NCBI RefSeq assembly: GCF_040938485.1
Contig: NW_027271750.1
Span: forward strand, 1 to 64,000
Direction of reading: 5' to 3'
Source: Diadema antillarum
Taxonomy: Eukaryota
DNA: 64,000 nucleotides
Of this stretch, positions 39,304 to 51,102 are shown piece by piece (positions within the stretch are counted from its first letter, which is position 1; each line of letters begins with the position of its first letter). The position numbers and the translations under genes are program-made. Under the pieces are notes generated by a model, which made no database searches, was not told where the DNA came from, and saw nothing but the letters and a program-made list of their open reading frames with translations.

Positions 39304-42300
39304 TTATTTATATACAATTACATATAACTTTGACAAAACACCTAACTTGATCACGGCAGACAAATGGACAACTTGATATTGAAGCCGTGAACGATGCATC
39401 CATCAACTTTGTTTTTGAATTTGAAGTATAAGGTAAGATTGTATAACTAAATGAATTGGGATTTTTTTTTTTCAGATCACAGGTCCATGTATTTTCAATT
39501 TGTGCTTTTTTCTGGTAGACAGAAAATCCGTCATATCATTTTCTTTTTTGACATTTAAGGGATTCTGTGAAGCAAGACACAGTCTCCGCGGAACATATCC
39601 CCGACAAAATACAGACCGATCTTTCGGTCAATTTCTCTGGATGCTACCATGAAACTTCATTTGTCAGAAATACGAAAGAATAGTCCTAAGAAATATGACC
39701 ATGCAGAAATTGACGTCTTTGCATAGTGCTGTGCGCGTAAGTGTGTATCAAGTTATATTGTACACTCGAAAGAGCACAAAGCAGAAATTGCATCCACTGT
39801 CAGAAACACACCACAAACCAGTTGCTGAACAGGCTTTGACGAGAACCACCGTATGGAAGTAGAAGTTGAAAGGGCATTGTGATTCATTCAAAGTTAATCT
39901 CCTGTTGAAGTTCAATAGACTCTTGGCTTTTAATTCTTTTCTCTCCAATCAAGTTACGTAAGCTGGAATCCATTCATCAGCACTTGCTATGGGTGGGGCT
40001 GGTCTCCTAGCTTTGTGGTGAAAGAAACGGTCTATTGCACACAATGTTGTCCTTTCCATTAGGTTTCAAATTCACTATCACCTCGACTCCTCGAAGGGAC
40101 ATCAGTAATCCTTTCAATTAAATCTGTTTACTCTTTTGAAAGCGTTATGCTTGGTGGGTAGCCAGATATGCACGAACATCTGAGCTCCACAGGGAGTCCA
40201 GTCAGCCGTGAAGCATTCTACTGTATGTGATAACACTGTACATTGAAGATGTTTTTTAGTTGCTAAGTTTCGGAGGAGTTTCACATTAGGTGCAATATTT
40301 GGGGGCTGTCAAAGGCTACCGAGTTGTGGTGAGAGGGGAACACGCCAAACTGAGGGTAGTAGACCACCGTACGCCTTTGCTGAAGGGGTTGAATGAGTCA
40401 GGGAGGTGAGACAAAATGAGTCTATACCACACGTGCGCTCATTCCAACTCCAAGGTTGTCTTTTGCTAGAGTGTGAAAAAGGCTGACGTTGAAGGCTGGA
40501 AATGCATTTTTCTTTTGAAGGAGCTTTTCCTATGGCTGCTCACCGTACACCAACAATCATGCAGATCACAAGATTGAAGGTAAGCTGTTTTGATACAAAG
40601 GGCCCTTTTTCAACAGGTATCTATAAAATATGCAAATACATGTATAATCGCTGAAGTTTCCACAGTTGGAAACTAATAAACAGGAAACAAAATTACACTG
40701 TAGCTCTACAGTATCAGCTATTGGATTCACTTGGAATACTACTACTACACACACACACACACACATACTAATATATAGCTATATAACATGCACTGTTTTC
40801 AATGTTCACAGTGCATTACAGTGCATTTCCTTTAATGCATTTATGTATTTATTTGATTTTTTTTATCTGTCACTTTTACTGATAATAATCTTATATCCAA
40901 ATATCAGTATACTATACAACTGAACTGAGAACTGGCAATCTTATTTTCATGAGTAAAGCATTCAAACTGATTACAGTTAAATACTATTGTGAAATCTCTT
41001 TGCAGCACTTCATGGTCCCCGTACTGTTATGTACAATGTACGTAAGTATATGTACAGATTGAATGAGAATGGCGTTAAGTTGTCTCAAACACTCTGGCTT
41101 TAGTGGCAACTTAACGCCCTTATCATTTTCATCCAACGCATTGTACACATGTGTAATTGAGAATACAATCACTAAAACGGTGATGTGCACACAAGAAATG
41201 ATGGACCCACTAAAGGCAGATGACTTTTAATACTATTCACTAGAACCTGGCAAAAACTTTATTGCACAAACTCAAAACAAACTGATGTACAGTTCTGTTG
41301 TCAAAAGGCACATTGCTACTTAACACACCAACGATTAAAGGAAAATCATACCCTATGGCATCATGTATTGTCTAAACTTATGTCATACACTCCTATGATG
41401 CTAAAATCACTTCAAAGAAAGCATTTTGGCCATTCATGGACATCTAAACAAACAAATAATGTGGTTGTCAGGTGATTTAGTGCCACACTATGACTTGCGA
41501 GGTAAAGTAATGCATGTACATTATGCAGTAAGTTTTATTCATGGTTTTTGTTTGTTCGTTTGTTTTATATGTTGTATTTTTTTTTTCTAGAAGAACTGTT
41601 TTTAGTAGAACTCTTTTTCAAGTCGCAAATTACGAATTGACTTCCTGGCTAAGCATATTATCTCTACATAATATCGCTGAAAATGTAAACATACAATGTA
41701 TGTCACTTGTAAAGAATATTCACATCAAAGAGTACACAAATATTGACTCGCGCACTTAAAGTACATTTGATCCGTACAGGGAACTGGAATGTAATACATA
41801 CATAAGTATATCAAGGTGTCTATTATCTGAAAGACATTTGATGTAATAAGAATACACAACACATACTATATACAGAGAAACTCCTCTTATACTCACAGGA
41901 CACGGCTATAAATAATAAATAAGGTTATTGTTAACACAATCTTTATGATCGTCTTAAAATTATTTTTCTATGCCATCATGGAATGCTTAAAAAAAAAAAA
42001 AGAGGAAAAAAATGCAAAACCCACTAAACAATCAGCAAACATGCTCTTACCTAACACCTGTAAGGTTCTGTAGTACATCATGTCATGGATGCAATTTGTT
42101 TTCTCTTCAGCAGAAAAAACTTTATATTTCAGTGCTGTAATTGTTAAACATTTCAGCTAGAGGGACCTCATAGCACTCTTGTCAAATACAATGTACATCC
42201 ATTCATGCCTCTTGTCAATTGTAAAACAGCAGAATTTAACAATTTCCTTGAAGTTTCAAAAACTTTGCAAATGGCTTTTTCTGAAAAATACTTGTTACAG

Positions 42301-42776
42301 AGGAAAATATGTGCAGTATATGAAGGATAAACATAATTTCCATGCAGAGAAACTTTTCCTCATATGGAAAAGCAGTACACATACAGTATCCCTGAAGAAA
42401 CACAAAATACCTACAAATTTGTACATCATGAGAATTGTTTTGCTAATACACTGTAATTCAACAATAATTTACCATTGCTATATTTGACTGTCATGACAGC
42501 ACGATTAGAAGGTAGGCAAATTCGCATTGTGTGGATTGCTTTACACTAAGTACAAACTGCCAACTCAAAGAAGAGTAGCAATTTCATAGAGCATAGATAA
42601 ATTGTGCAATCTGTTAACGTCAGGTTTCTACAATGAGATAAATATTGACTTATCAAGATGAACTGTGTCAAATTTGTCCAACAGAAGAGAGATTTTTCAG
42701 CTCTGATAACATGAAAAACTGCCTGTGAGGAAGGATGATCTCCATTTTTGATGGCTGCTCAGGAGTCTGCATGCAG

Positions 42777-45700
42777 CTAACACTGGCCGTGGGGGCAGAG
42801 CCGGTGGAGTGCATCATGCGCCTCGTGCACACCGTTGTCGGCCGCATATTCCAGCAGAGTGCGGGCTTCACTGGAAGGAGACAGAGTGAGTACACAGTCA
42901 TGTATGTTTCGGAAAAACAGGCAGACACCTAATCAGCACTGTGCAGCATTAAATCTCTTCTATATTACACCCACGGCTGTGCCATCATACCAACAGGCTA
43001 ACAATTTATGAGTAAAGAACAATAAAAATGAAAATGTCACTCTTTGGGGGAGAAGGATATGGAAGAAATACAATCCTGCACTGTATGAAGTACACGGATA
43101 AATCAATCATGTATGCAAAAACAAAAAGTGGAGAGACAGACAAAATGTGTAATATACATACATATGTACAAAGATTTAAATGACTGCAAGGCAAATGACA
43201 TGACAATATGACATCTAAGCCTGTAACTTTGTTCATCTAACTCTAACATGGAAATAACATGAAAACCTAAGCATACAACTATAATATTGACTTCACAGAG
43301 GACAGACAGAGAAAATCAAACGCAAGCTTTACATCAATCATGTGGACAACACTTGTCGCACTTACTCCTTATTCTTGACATCAGTCTTGTACCCATGGAG
43401 ATGACCAATCGCAAGATTATGAGACGCATGAGCATGCCCTCTGTCAGCAGCATATCTATACATGAAGCAAAAAAAAAGAATGACTTGACATAAGACTAAA
43501 GGAGTAAGCTGGAATATTGAACCATCCTAGTGAAGCAGCCAAATTATCCCTAAACTTACGATAATCATTCGTTGTGTTGTGTTTCTTTTTGCTCTGTTGA
43601 GTTTACTTTGAGTATAATGTCAAAGGGAATGAACTACATTACTAATCCAGTGAAATTAAAATATGCATGCATTGAATTGTACATTGTACATTATGTATAC
43701 ATTTGACAGTGGTTCACAGTTCAGAACTTCTAAAAAATGGCAACCTGGCTGACTAGTTGACTGACAATGTACAACTTGGGAAATCAGTAGCTAAAAGATA
43801 TCTCGCCTTTCATCTAACATTGTCATTAAAAAAAAAAAAAAAAAAGGAGTGACATATGAGTGTGGGTGGAAGGATGAAAGAGAAATATAACTCTGGTAAG
43901 TTCCATTACTTTGACAATAGCATACCCCTGAAGAATAATTCATACTCATCTACAAGCCTGCATTCAGGAAGCAGTAGCAATGCTTGTTAAAGTGATATAT
44001 GGTACCGGTTCAGATATTTAGCACTGTGTTTGCATTTCATTTAGTATTCTTTAGTTTTAGAAAACTTTTCCTGTCCAGTTTGTTACTTACAAAAAAAAAA
44101 GAAGAAGTACAAATATGACTGTGCATCACAAAACAAACAAGAAGTTGCTCGCCTTGACTCAACATGAGGACACAAAGTAGATGACATGGATCAACATACC
44201 AAGTAGTCAGTCTTCAGGGTTTTTTTTTTTATAGATTTTCTGAAAGAACAATTCTTCTACATAATTCTAAAATTTGGGATCAAGTAACAAATCAGAGATT
44301 GTTTTTTTTTTTTCTTTGCAGTGTTTCTAGAGCATTTTTTTTCCAGTTTGATTTAATTAGGTAGGTCTTACAGATCTCCTTTCATTTCTTAAAAACCCTT
44401 CACACACCCTCACTTTCTCACTTTGAACTCTGACATTTGAAAGGACAGTGCTACTGTGTGCAGAGATGGAATCACTGATGAATAGAATGTGCTTAATGAA
44501 TGTGGAAGACCTCAGCTTAATCTGATAATCCCTTCATTGTGGTTGCTGCAGAGTTTAATCATCCCATTTTTTTTTTGTCCCAAAGTTTAATCTTCCTGTT
44601 TTTTGTCCCAGAGTTTAATCATCCTGGTTCCCCCCCCCCCCCCCCCCCCCCCCCATTCACTGCACAGAGCACAGCACAGCAAGATAAAGCACTTTACCGG
44701 CAATAGGCATGCACACTTCAGTCACACTAATTACCTGAACCACTCCATGGCTTTGTCCTCATCAGTGTGGGTTCCTTCTCCCCAAAGGTATCTCTGGCCC
44801 ACCATGTGGGCTGCATGAGGCTGGCCAAGGTGAGCATAGAAGTGGGTGACATGGAACTGCAGCTTGTCCATGTGGTAGTAGGAGAAGTAGATGAACCATG
44901 CCACAAAAATAACCACCAAGATCTGAAAGGCATGTAAACATTTGAATAATATAAGCAAACTCTGGATGCACCGAGGTGTGAAACATATTAAGCTCTTGGG
45001 TTATTTACATTGCTCTGTTCAACTGCCTAAACTTTACCTGTGTATTTGAGTGACTACAGTACACCATGAGACATGCCAGTAAAAGGACAAGTTCACCTTC
45101 ATACACTGTAATTGTGGACATTTTAGCGGTATATTAATTTTTGTGTAATTGGCATTACTGGTACTTCTGGCTAGCAAGAATTCTAAAACCTGTGAAAATA
45201 TCTTCATATTTTCTCTGCACATTGTGAATGGATTGACAATTGTGCAGCGTGAATTCAACAATCCGCGAATATGTTTTTGAGCCGCTCAGCACGTTATTAA
45301 TTAATCATACCAAAATACTGACATTTACAATGAATGTGGATTGAGTGAATGCAGCAATAAGTTGAACACATCAGTGAAACTGAAAGTTGAAGAAAATTAG
45401 ACAATCCCTTCAAACTTTGAACATCTAGAAAAAGTTATGAATGATATAGGCCTACAGAAAATTCAACATTCACATTTCTCGCACAACAAAAGAGCACTTG
45501 AGTCTTCCCTCTGTGAAGTTAGTAACAAGTCAAAACTTACCATGACAAACGGGAATGTGTACTTAAGAAAGACAGGAAATTCTATGGAATTCTTGGCAAT
45601 CCTGGGTTTTCGGAGGCTATATTATTTTAGGCTTCTAACTTCAGCTCATAATTCAGCTCGACAATAAAAAAAGATCAACAGCAAAACAATGATACCGTAG

Positions 45701-47878
45701 ATTACAAATGCACATTGGAAAGGTATTACGTGCATTTCACACGTACCGGTACTGCAGAGATGCCAAGTTCAAAAAACTTTTATGAGTGAGATTTTTATGA
45801 CTCGGCATCTCGGCGCTCGCGCGCATGCGCACGCGAACGAGGAGGGTGTCCCCCTCCAATGGTAGGGAGCTTTTTTAAATTATTAGCTCTTAATGATGCA
45901 ATCTGGTGCATACTTTAGTGACTATTTTTTATTAATTTTGAAAGGCAAAAGGGAAATATACCTTCAATTGCAACTATCACTTCAATCCTTTGAGCTATGC
46001 TCCTTATTTTTGGCCCAAATTGCAGACTTCACCAGATGCGTGAGAAAAATGGGTGCCATGCGTGAGATTGTGAGACAGACCCTAAATGCTCGAGTCTCAC
46101 GCAGAATGTGTGAGACTTGGTAGCTCTGGGTACTGTCAATCGAAGGTAAAGGGTGTTGGTTTCAAAAGTACGGCGCAACTGAGTAGACTATGTCAAAATA
46201 ACAACCCACACGTCACATTCGTAGCAGTTTACGCTAATGTGGCAGTTATCTTGTGATTCTTGGAGCGAGCGTGTACCACAAATCGCATTTTTAATGCACA
46301 CTGACTTGTGAATTCAGAGTAGACCCTCTACCAAAAAATTTTTCTTAACATGTGAGTCAAGTTTCAGGCAAAACACTGTCAACACAGTTCGGGAAACCCA
46401 CTCACAAGGGGGGTCCCTCCTTATAAGTAACCCGTCCCCCTTATAAGTAACCCCGTCCCCCTTATAAGTAACCCCCGGGGCACCCCTTATAAGGAGTCTC
46501 CACGCTTTTTTGCAATGCAACGCGAAAATGAAAGGACTGCGGCAATTCGCTTGATTATGTCCATAAAGCTTCACAAGTTTCCTAGTTACTCATGAAATTT
46601 GAGCAAAATCGGTTTGAGGCATCATATCTAAAATCATGGATTTAAATGCGATGTCAAACGACCCATGCGAATGCTGAAATGCGAGCGATTACTGGCGTGA
46701 GTGTCGCCAGGCGCGGCGGCGCGGCAATGCTTGAGTGCGGACGTGGCGACTGAGTGGCAGACTCAGTCCACACTGATAGAGTAGGTGGGTAATTTTCCAG
46801 TTTGTTTTCTGGAATCCCGCGACGCGACGTTTCAAATACATCACATCACGCATCCAGCACATAGAGTCTACAGACGGCGCGCAAGCTGTGAGATTTTGAG
46901 AGCGAGCTTGTGCACGCACCGGAGGATGCGTGCGCAATCTCAAAATCTCACAGCTTGCGCGCTGTCTGTATGTGCTGGATGCGTGATGTGATGTAACTGC
47001 AAACTGGGCCTGATGCAGTACCAAATTTAGTCTGGCTTCTAGACCCTCTGCCCGTACTATTTCACTATTCAGGTCTGCCACGTCTGCACTCAAGCATTGC
47101 CGCGCCGCCGCGCCTGGCGACAATCACGCCAGTAATCGCTCGCATTTCAGCATTCGCATGGGTCGTTTGACATCGCATTTAAATCCATGATTTTAGATAT
47201 GATGCCTCAAACCGATTTTGCTCAAATTTCGTGAGTAACTAGGAAACTTGTGAAGCTTTATGGACATAATCAAGCGAATTGCCGCAGTCCTTTCATTTTC
47301 GCGTTGCATTGCAAAAAAGCGTGTAGACTCCTTATAAGGGGTGCCCGGGGGTTACTTATAAGGGGGACGGGGTTACTTATAAGGGGGACGGGTTACTTAT
47401 AAGGAGGGGCCCCCCTTGTGAGTGGGTTTCCCGAACTGAACAGTGAGTTAAGTGTCAAACATGTTTTGGATACCCAACTAACGCTACATCACATGTGTAG
47501 CTCCATTTACTACTAACGTTAGTAAAAATGGTTTACACGTAACACTTTAACAGTGCAGTGCCAGTGGACAGCCTGGGGGGGGGGGGGGGGGGGGGGGGGG
47601 TTACGTTTTATACGGGTTACTAGTAGTTGGCCTCCTGGCTTGTCTGTAACTACCTCAATTATCGTTGTGAGCCAGGTATCGGGTTTCTTGCGACGAGCGA
47701 GATAAACCTTCCCCTTAAATGGAAGGGACGTGTCCTCTTCTGGTCCAGATTCATCGGTGAATGCATATTTCTCCTCTTCTTCCTCCTCGTACTGATCATC
47801 ATGTTCTTCTTGCCTATCGGGCACGAAGACATTTCTTGCTCGGACGCCGTCTTCGAAAAGCGTCGAAAATTCAGCCAT
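42777..47878 (-). CDS. Single-pass membrane protein with Sel1-like repeats (198 aa, 4 exons)
   Basis: Exons 47878-47654, 44922-44735, 43455-43366 and 42870-42777; GT-AG introns, phases 0/2/2 close, 597 nt. TM segment IIEILVVIFVAWFIYFSYY. Sel1-like units AHMVGQRYLWGEGTHTDEDKAMEWFRYAADRGH and ASHNLAIGHLHG..EARTLLEYAADNGV. Confidence 0.88.
45755..46128. mobile_element. Non-autonomous TIR element with 7-bp target duplication
   Basis: Ends CAGAGATGCCAAGT / ACTTGGTAGCTCTG; GGTACTG at 45748-45754 and 46129-46135. Confidence 0.75.
46385..47438. mobile_element. Foldback element with ~370-bp arms, subterminal CTTATAAG repeats and a 4-bp flanking duplication
   Basis: 46385-46761 is the reverse complement of 47074-47438 with a few differences. 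AACA at 46381-46384 and 47439-47442. Four CTTATAAG cores per arm. Confidence 0.85.
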
Positions 47879-48259
47879 ATTGTTTACGATGAACTAGGCA
47901 ATGGAGATCCGTGAATCAAGACGTTTAAAGATATAAATTATGTATACCCATGTCACACGTCAAAAAAAAACATAAAAATGAAATCATTTGAAATGAAAGC
48001 AATTAATAACACTTATTTTACATTGTTATTATTTTGATTTACGAAAATTACAGGCTACATTACCTATAAATAGTAAGTAGAAGAGTTTTATTTTACGTAC
48101 GCGTCTTGACTAGATTCTAAAGCTGGTCACGTGATTTCCCATTCAACTTGCGTGTGGTGCATGGTAAGCGAGCACTACTGTTGACCTCGCCATGCATGCA
48201 ATGATGTTGACATTTGCAGGTGAGTGTGGTGTGCATGCACTCAGTCGCCACGTCTGCAC

Positions 48260-48573
48260 CACAGAACTATATAGGTAGAATGATCAAGTGGGGTCTGAAA
48301 GCATAGCCAGCGCACGCGATCTCCGCCATTTTGGTTAGTCTTTTGTTACGTCACGGATTGCGTGCGCAGAACAGGGTTTGCAGGGTTACAGCATAGCGCA
48401 GGCCTACGCTGACTTTTTTTTTCTTCTTTTTTACCTCCCCTGGCCCTGTTCATCGCAAGCCGTGACGTAACAGAAGACTAACAAAATGGCGGCATGCAAT
48501 GTGCGCGCAGCTGGCTATAAAGCTACGCATGGGTTGTGAATGGGCTTGATCAATCTACCTATTTATATCTGTG
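48260..48573. mobile_element. 314-bp palindromic MITE with 8-bp TSD (hAT- or P-type)
   Basis: TIRs CACAGAACTATATAGGTAGAATGATCAAG / CTTGATCAATCTACCTATTTATATCTGTG; GTCTGCAC at 48252-48259 and 48574-48581; internal mirror GTTACGTCACGG / CCGTGACGTAAC. Confidence 0.85.
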
Positions 48574-49143
48574 GTCTGCACTCAAGCATTGCCGCGCCGC
48601 CGCGCCTGGCGACACTCACGCCAGTAATCGCTCGCATTTCAGCATTCGCATGGGTCGTTTGACATCGCATTTAAATCCATGATTTTAGATATGATGCCTC
48701 AAACCGATTTTGCTCAAATTTCGTGAGTAACTAGGAAACTTGTGAAGCTTTATGGACATAATCAAGCGAATTGCCGCAGTCCTTTCATTTTCGCGTTGCA
48801 TTGCAAAAAAGCGTGTAGACTCCTTATAAGGGGTGCCCCGGGGGTTACTTATAAGGGGGACGGGGTTACTTATAAGGGGGACGGGTTACTTATAAGGAGG
48901 GGCCCCCCTTGTGAGTGGGTTTCCCGAACTGAACAGTGAGTTAAGTGTCAAACATGTTTTGGATACCCAACTAACGCTACATCACATGTGTAGCTCCATT
49001 TACTACTAACGTTAGTAAAAATGGTTTACACGTAACACTTTAAGTACAGTGCAGTGCCAGTGGACAGCCTGGGGGGGGGGGGGGGGGGTTACGTTTTATA
49101 CGGGTAATACTAGTAGTTGGCCTCCTGGCTTGTCTATAACTAC

Positions 49144-49368
49144 CTCAATTATCGTTGTGAGCCAGGTATCGGGTTTCTTGCGACGAGCGAGATAAACCTT
49201 CCCCTTAAATGGAAGGGACGTGTCCTCTTCTGGTCCAGATTCATCGGTGAATGCATATTTCTCCTCTTCTTCCTCCTCGTACTGATCATCATGTTCTTCT
49301 TGCCTATCGGGCACGAAGACATTTCTTGCTCGGACGCCGTCTTCGAAAAGCGTCGAAAATTCAGCCAT
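49144..49368 (-). CDS. Duplicate first coding exon of the Sel1-repeat gene (75 codons, donor intact)
   Basis: Same translation as 47878-47654 (MAEFSTLF...TTIIE), followed by GTAGTT. Confidence 0.7.
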
Positions 49369-50795
49369 ATTGTTTACGATGAACTAGGCAATGGAGATCC
49401 GTGAATCAAGACGTTTAAAGATATAAATTATGTATACCCATGTCACACGTCAAAAAAAAAAACATAAAAATGAAATCATTTGAAATGAAAGCAATTAATA
49501 ACACTTATTTTACATTGTTATTATTTTGATTTACGAAAATTACAGGCTACATTACCTATAAATAGTAAGTAGAAGAGTTTTATTTTACGTACGCGTCTTG
49601 ACTAGATTCTACAGCTGGTCACGTGATTTCCCATTCAACTTGCGTGTGGCGCATGGTAAGCGAGCACTACTGTTGACCTCGCCATGCATGCAATGATGTT
49701 GACATTTGCAGGTGAGTGTGGTGTGCATGCACTCTGTTGTTCGCCTGCCTGCTGCACCACCATTGTTGTCGATACACACAACTCCAACGACGTCGTGTAC
49801 CATCGACACGAATGTCATGTATGTGTACCTGCGTTTTCAGTTGAAAAGCTTTTCCAGCGCAAACCAAAAGTGCTGAAAGAGTACCACGGTATGCAGTATC
49901 TGAACAGATCGCAGGTCGACCTAGAGCTCGGGAGCGGAGCTTTTGAACATATAAAACGCGACGTCTAACGTGAAGACAGAGCAGAGTGAGTTTTAGCCGT
50001 GCCCGGCCAGTGAATTTGAGGCTTGAGCAGTTGAGCGGGCGGCTCGTTTTCAATCGACCAAGCAAGACATGTTTTAGCGGGTAAGACTCACTAAGACAAT
50101 TCGGCAATTGTGCCGACAATTAAAGCATGGAATGATTTAAGTTAATAATAGTACAGTAGGCAAGTCCGGGAAATTCGCTCGGGGGGGGGGGGGGGGGGGG
50201 GGGGGGAGTGAGGGTGGGGCATGCTCATGAGCATGGGATGGCCAGGGTACCCATCATGGCCATGACAGGCCCTTGGGGCCGCGGGGCGATATCAGTCTGG
50301 GAAACCCGCTCACGAGGACTGCCTCCGCGTACGAGCACTGCCCCGCCTCATGAGGCATGAGGCCTCCTCCCGATCCCGGGGGGCCTCAAGAAGCCCCCCC
50401 CCCCCCCATTCACTTTTTATTCATCTCACATCTGACGTATACATTGTTACAACTTTGCACGGTGATTTTTTGTTACACACACATGTCCACTATCCATGAT
50501 GAAAAGAAGAAAAAATTCTGTTTTTTTCTTCAAAAAACAAGTTTTAATCAACCGATGCAGAGCGACCCATCAAAACACAGGCGCCAGCGTGTTCGCACAA
50601 TGCAAGACTGCCGCATCTAGCGGCCTGATCTGACTAAATATTTTCGGTGCTTTTTTCTGCGGCTCTCACCTCTCTGCGCACGTATCAGCCTCGTGAAGCC
50701 GAAGAGTGAAGTCTTACATCTTTTTACAAAAATTCGTAATGAGAAAAATAACATCAGTACTAACCTGATCTTGTTCATATATTCCAAATTACTAT

Positions 50796-51102
50796 TCCAC
50801 ACTGATAGAGTAGGTGGGTAATTTTCCAGTTTGTTTTCTGGAATCCCGCGACGCGACGTTTCAAATACATCACATCACGCATCCAGCACATAGAGTCTAC
50901 AGACGGCGCGCAAGCTGTGAGATTTTGAGAGCGAGCTTGTGCACGCACCGGAGGATGCGTGCGCAATCTCAAAATCTCACAGCTTGCGCGCTGTCTGTAT
51001 GTGCTGGATGCGTGATGTGATGTAACTGCAAACTGGGCCTGATGCAGTACCAAATTTAGTCTGGCTTCTAGACCCTCTGCCCGTACTATTTCACTATTCA
51101 GG
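50796..51102 (+). repeat. Second copy of the 307-bp spacer of the 46385-47438 foldback
   Basis: No difference seen from 46767-47073; same orientation, offset 4029 bp. Confidence 0.92.

Larger units (their letters stand above)
47074..49734. repeat. Tandem duplication of ~1.16 kb (47074-48242 and 48238-49734, second unit interrupted by a MITE)
   Basis: The units differ by roughly 1% plus homopolymer length. The junction has CACTC microhomology (48238-48242). Confidence 0.9.

Noticed and set aside
46421-46493. CRISPR-like repeat array
   Set aside because: Eukaryotic context, spacers are near-identical rather than unique, and no cas genes; these are subterminal repeats of a TIR element.
47519-47653. 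C-terminal part of the 119-aa ORF, with poly-Pro
   Set aside because: Read-through past the exon 1 donor into intron and a G homopolymer.
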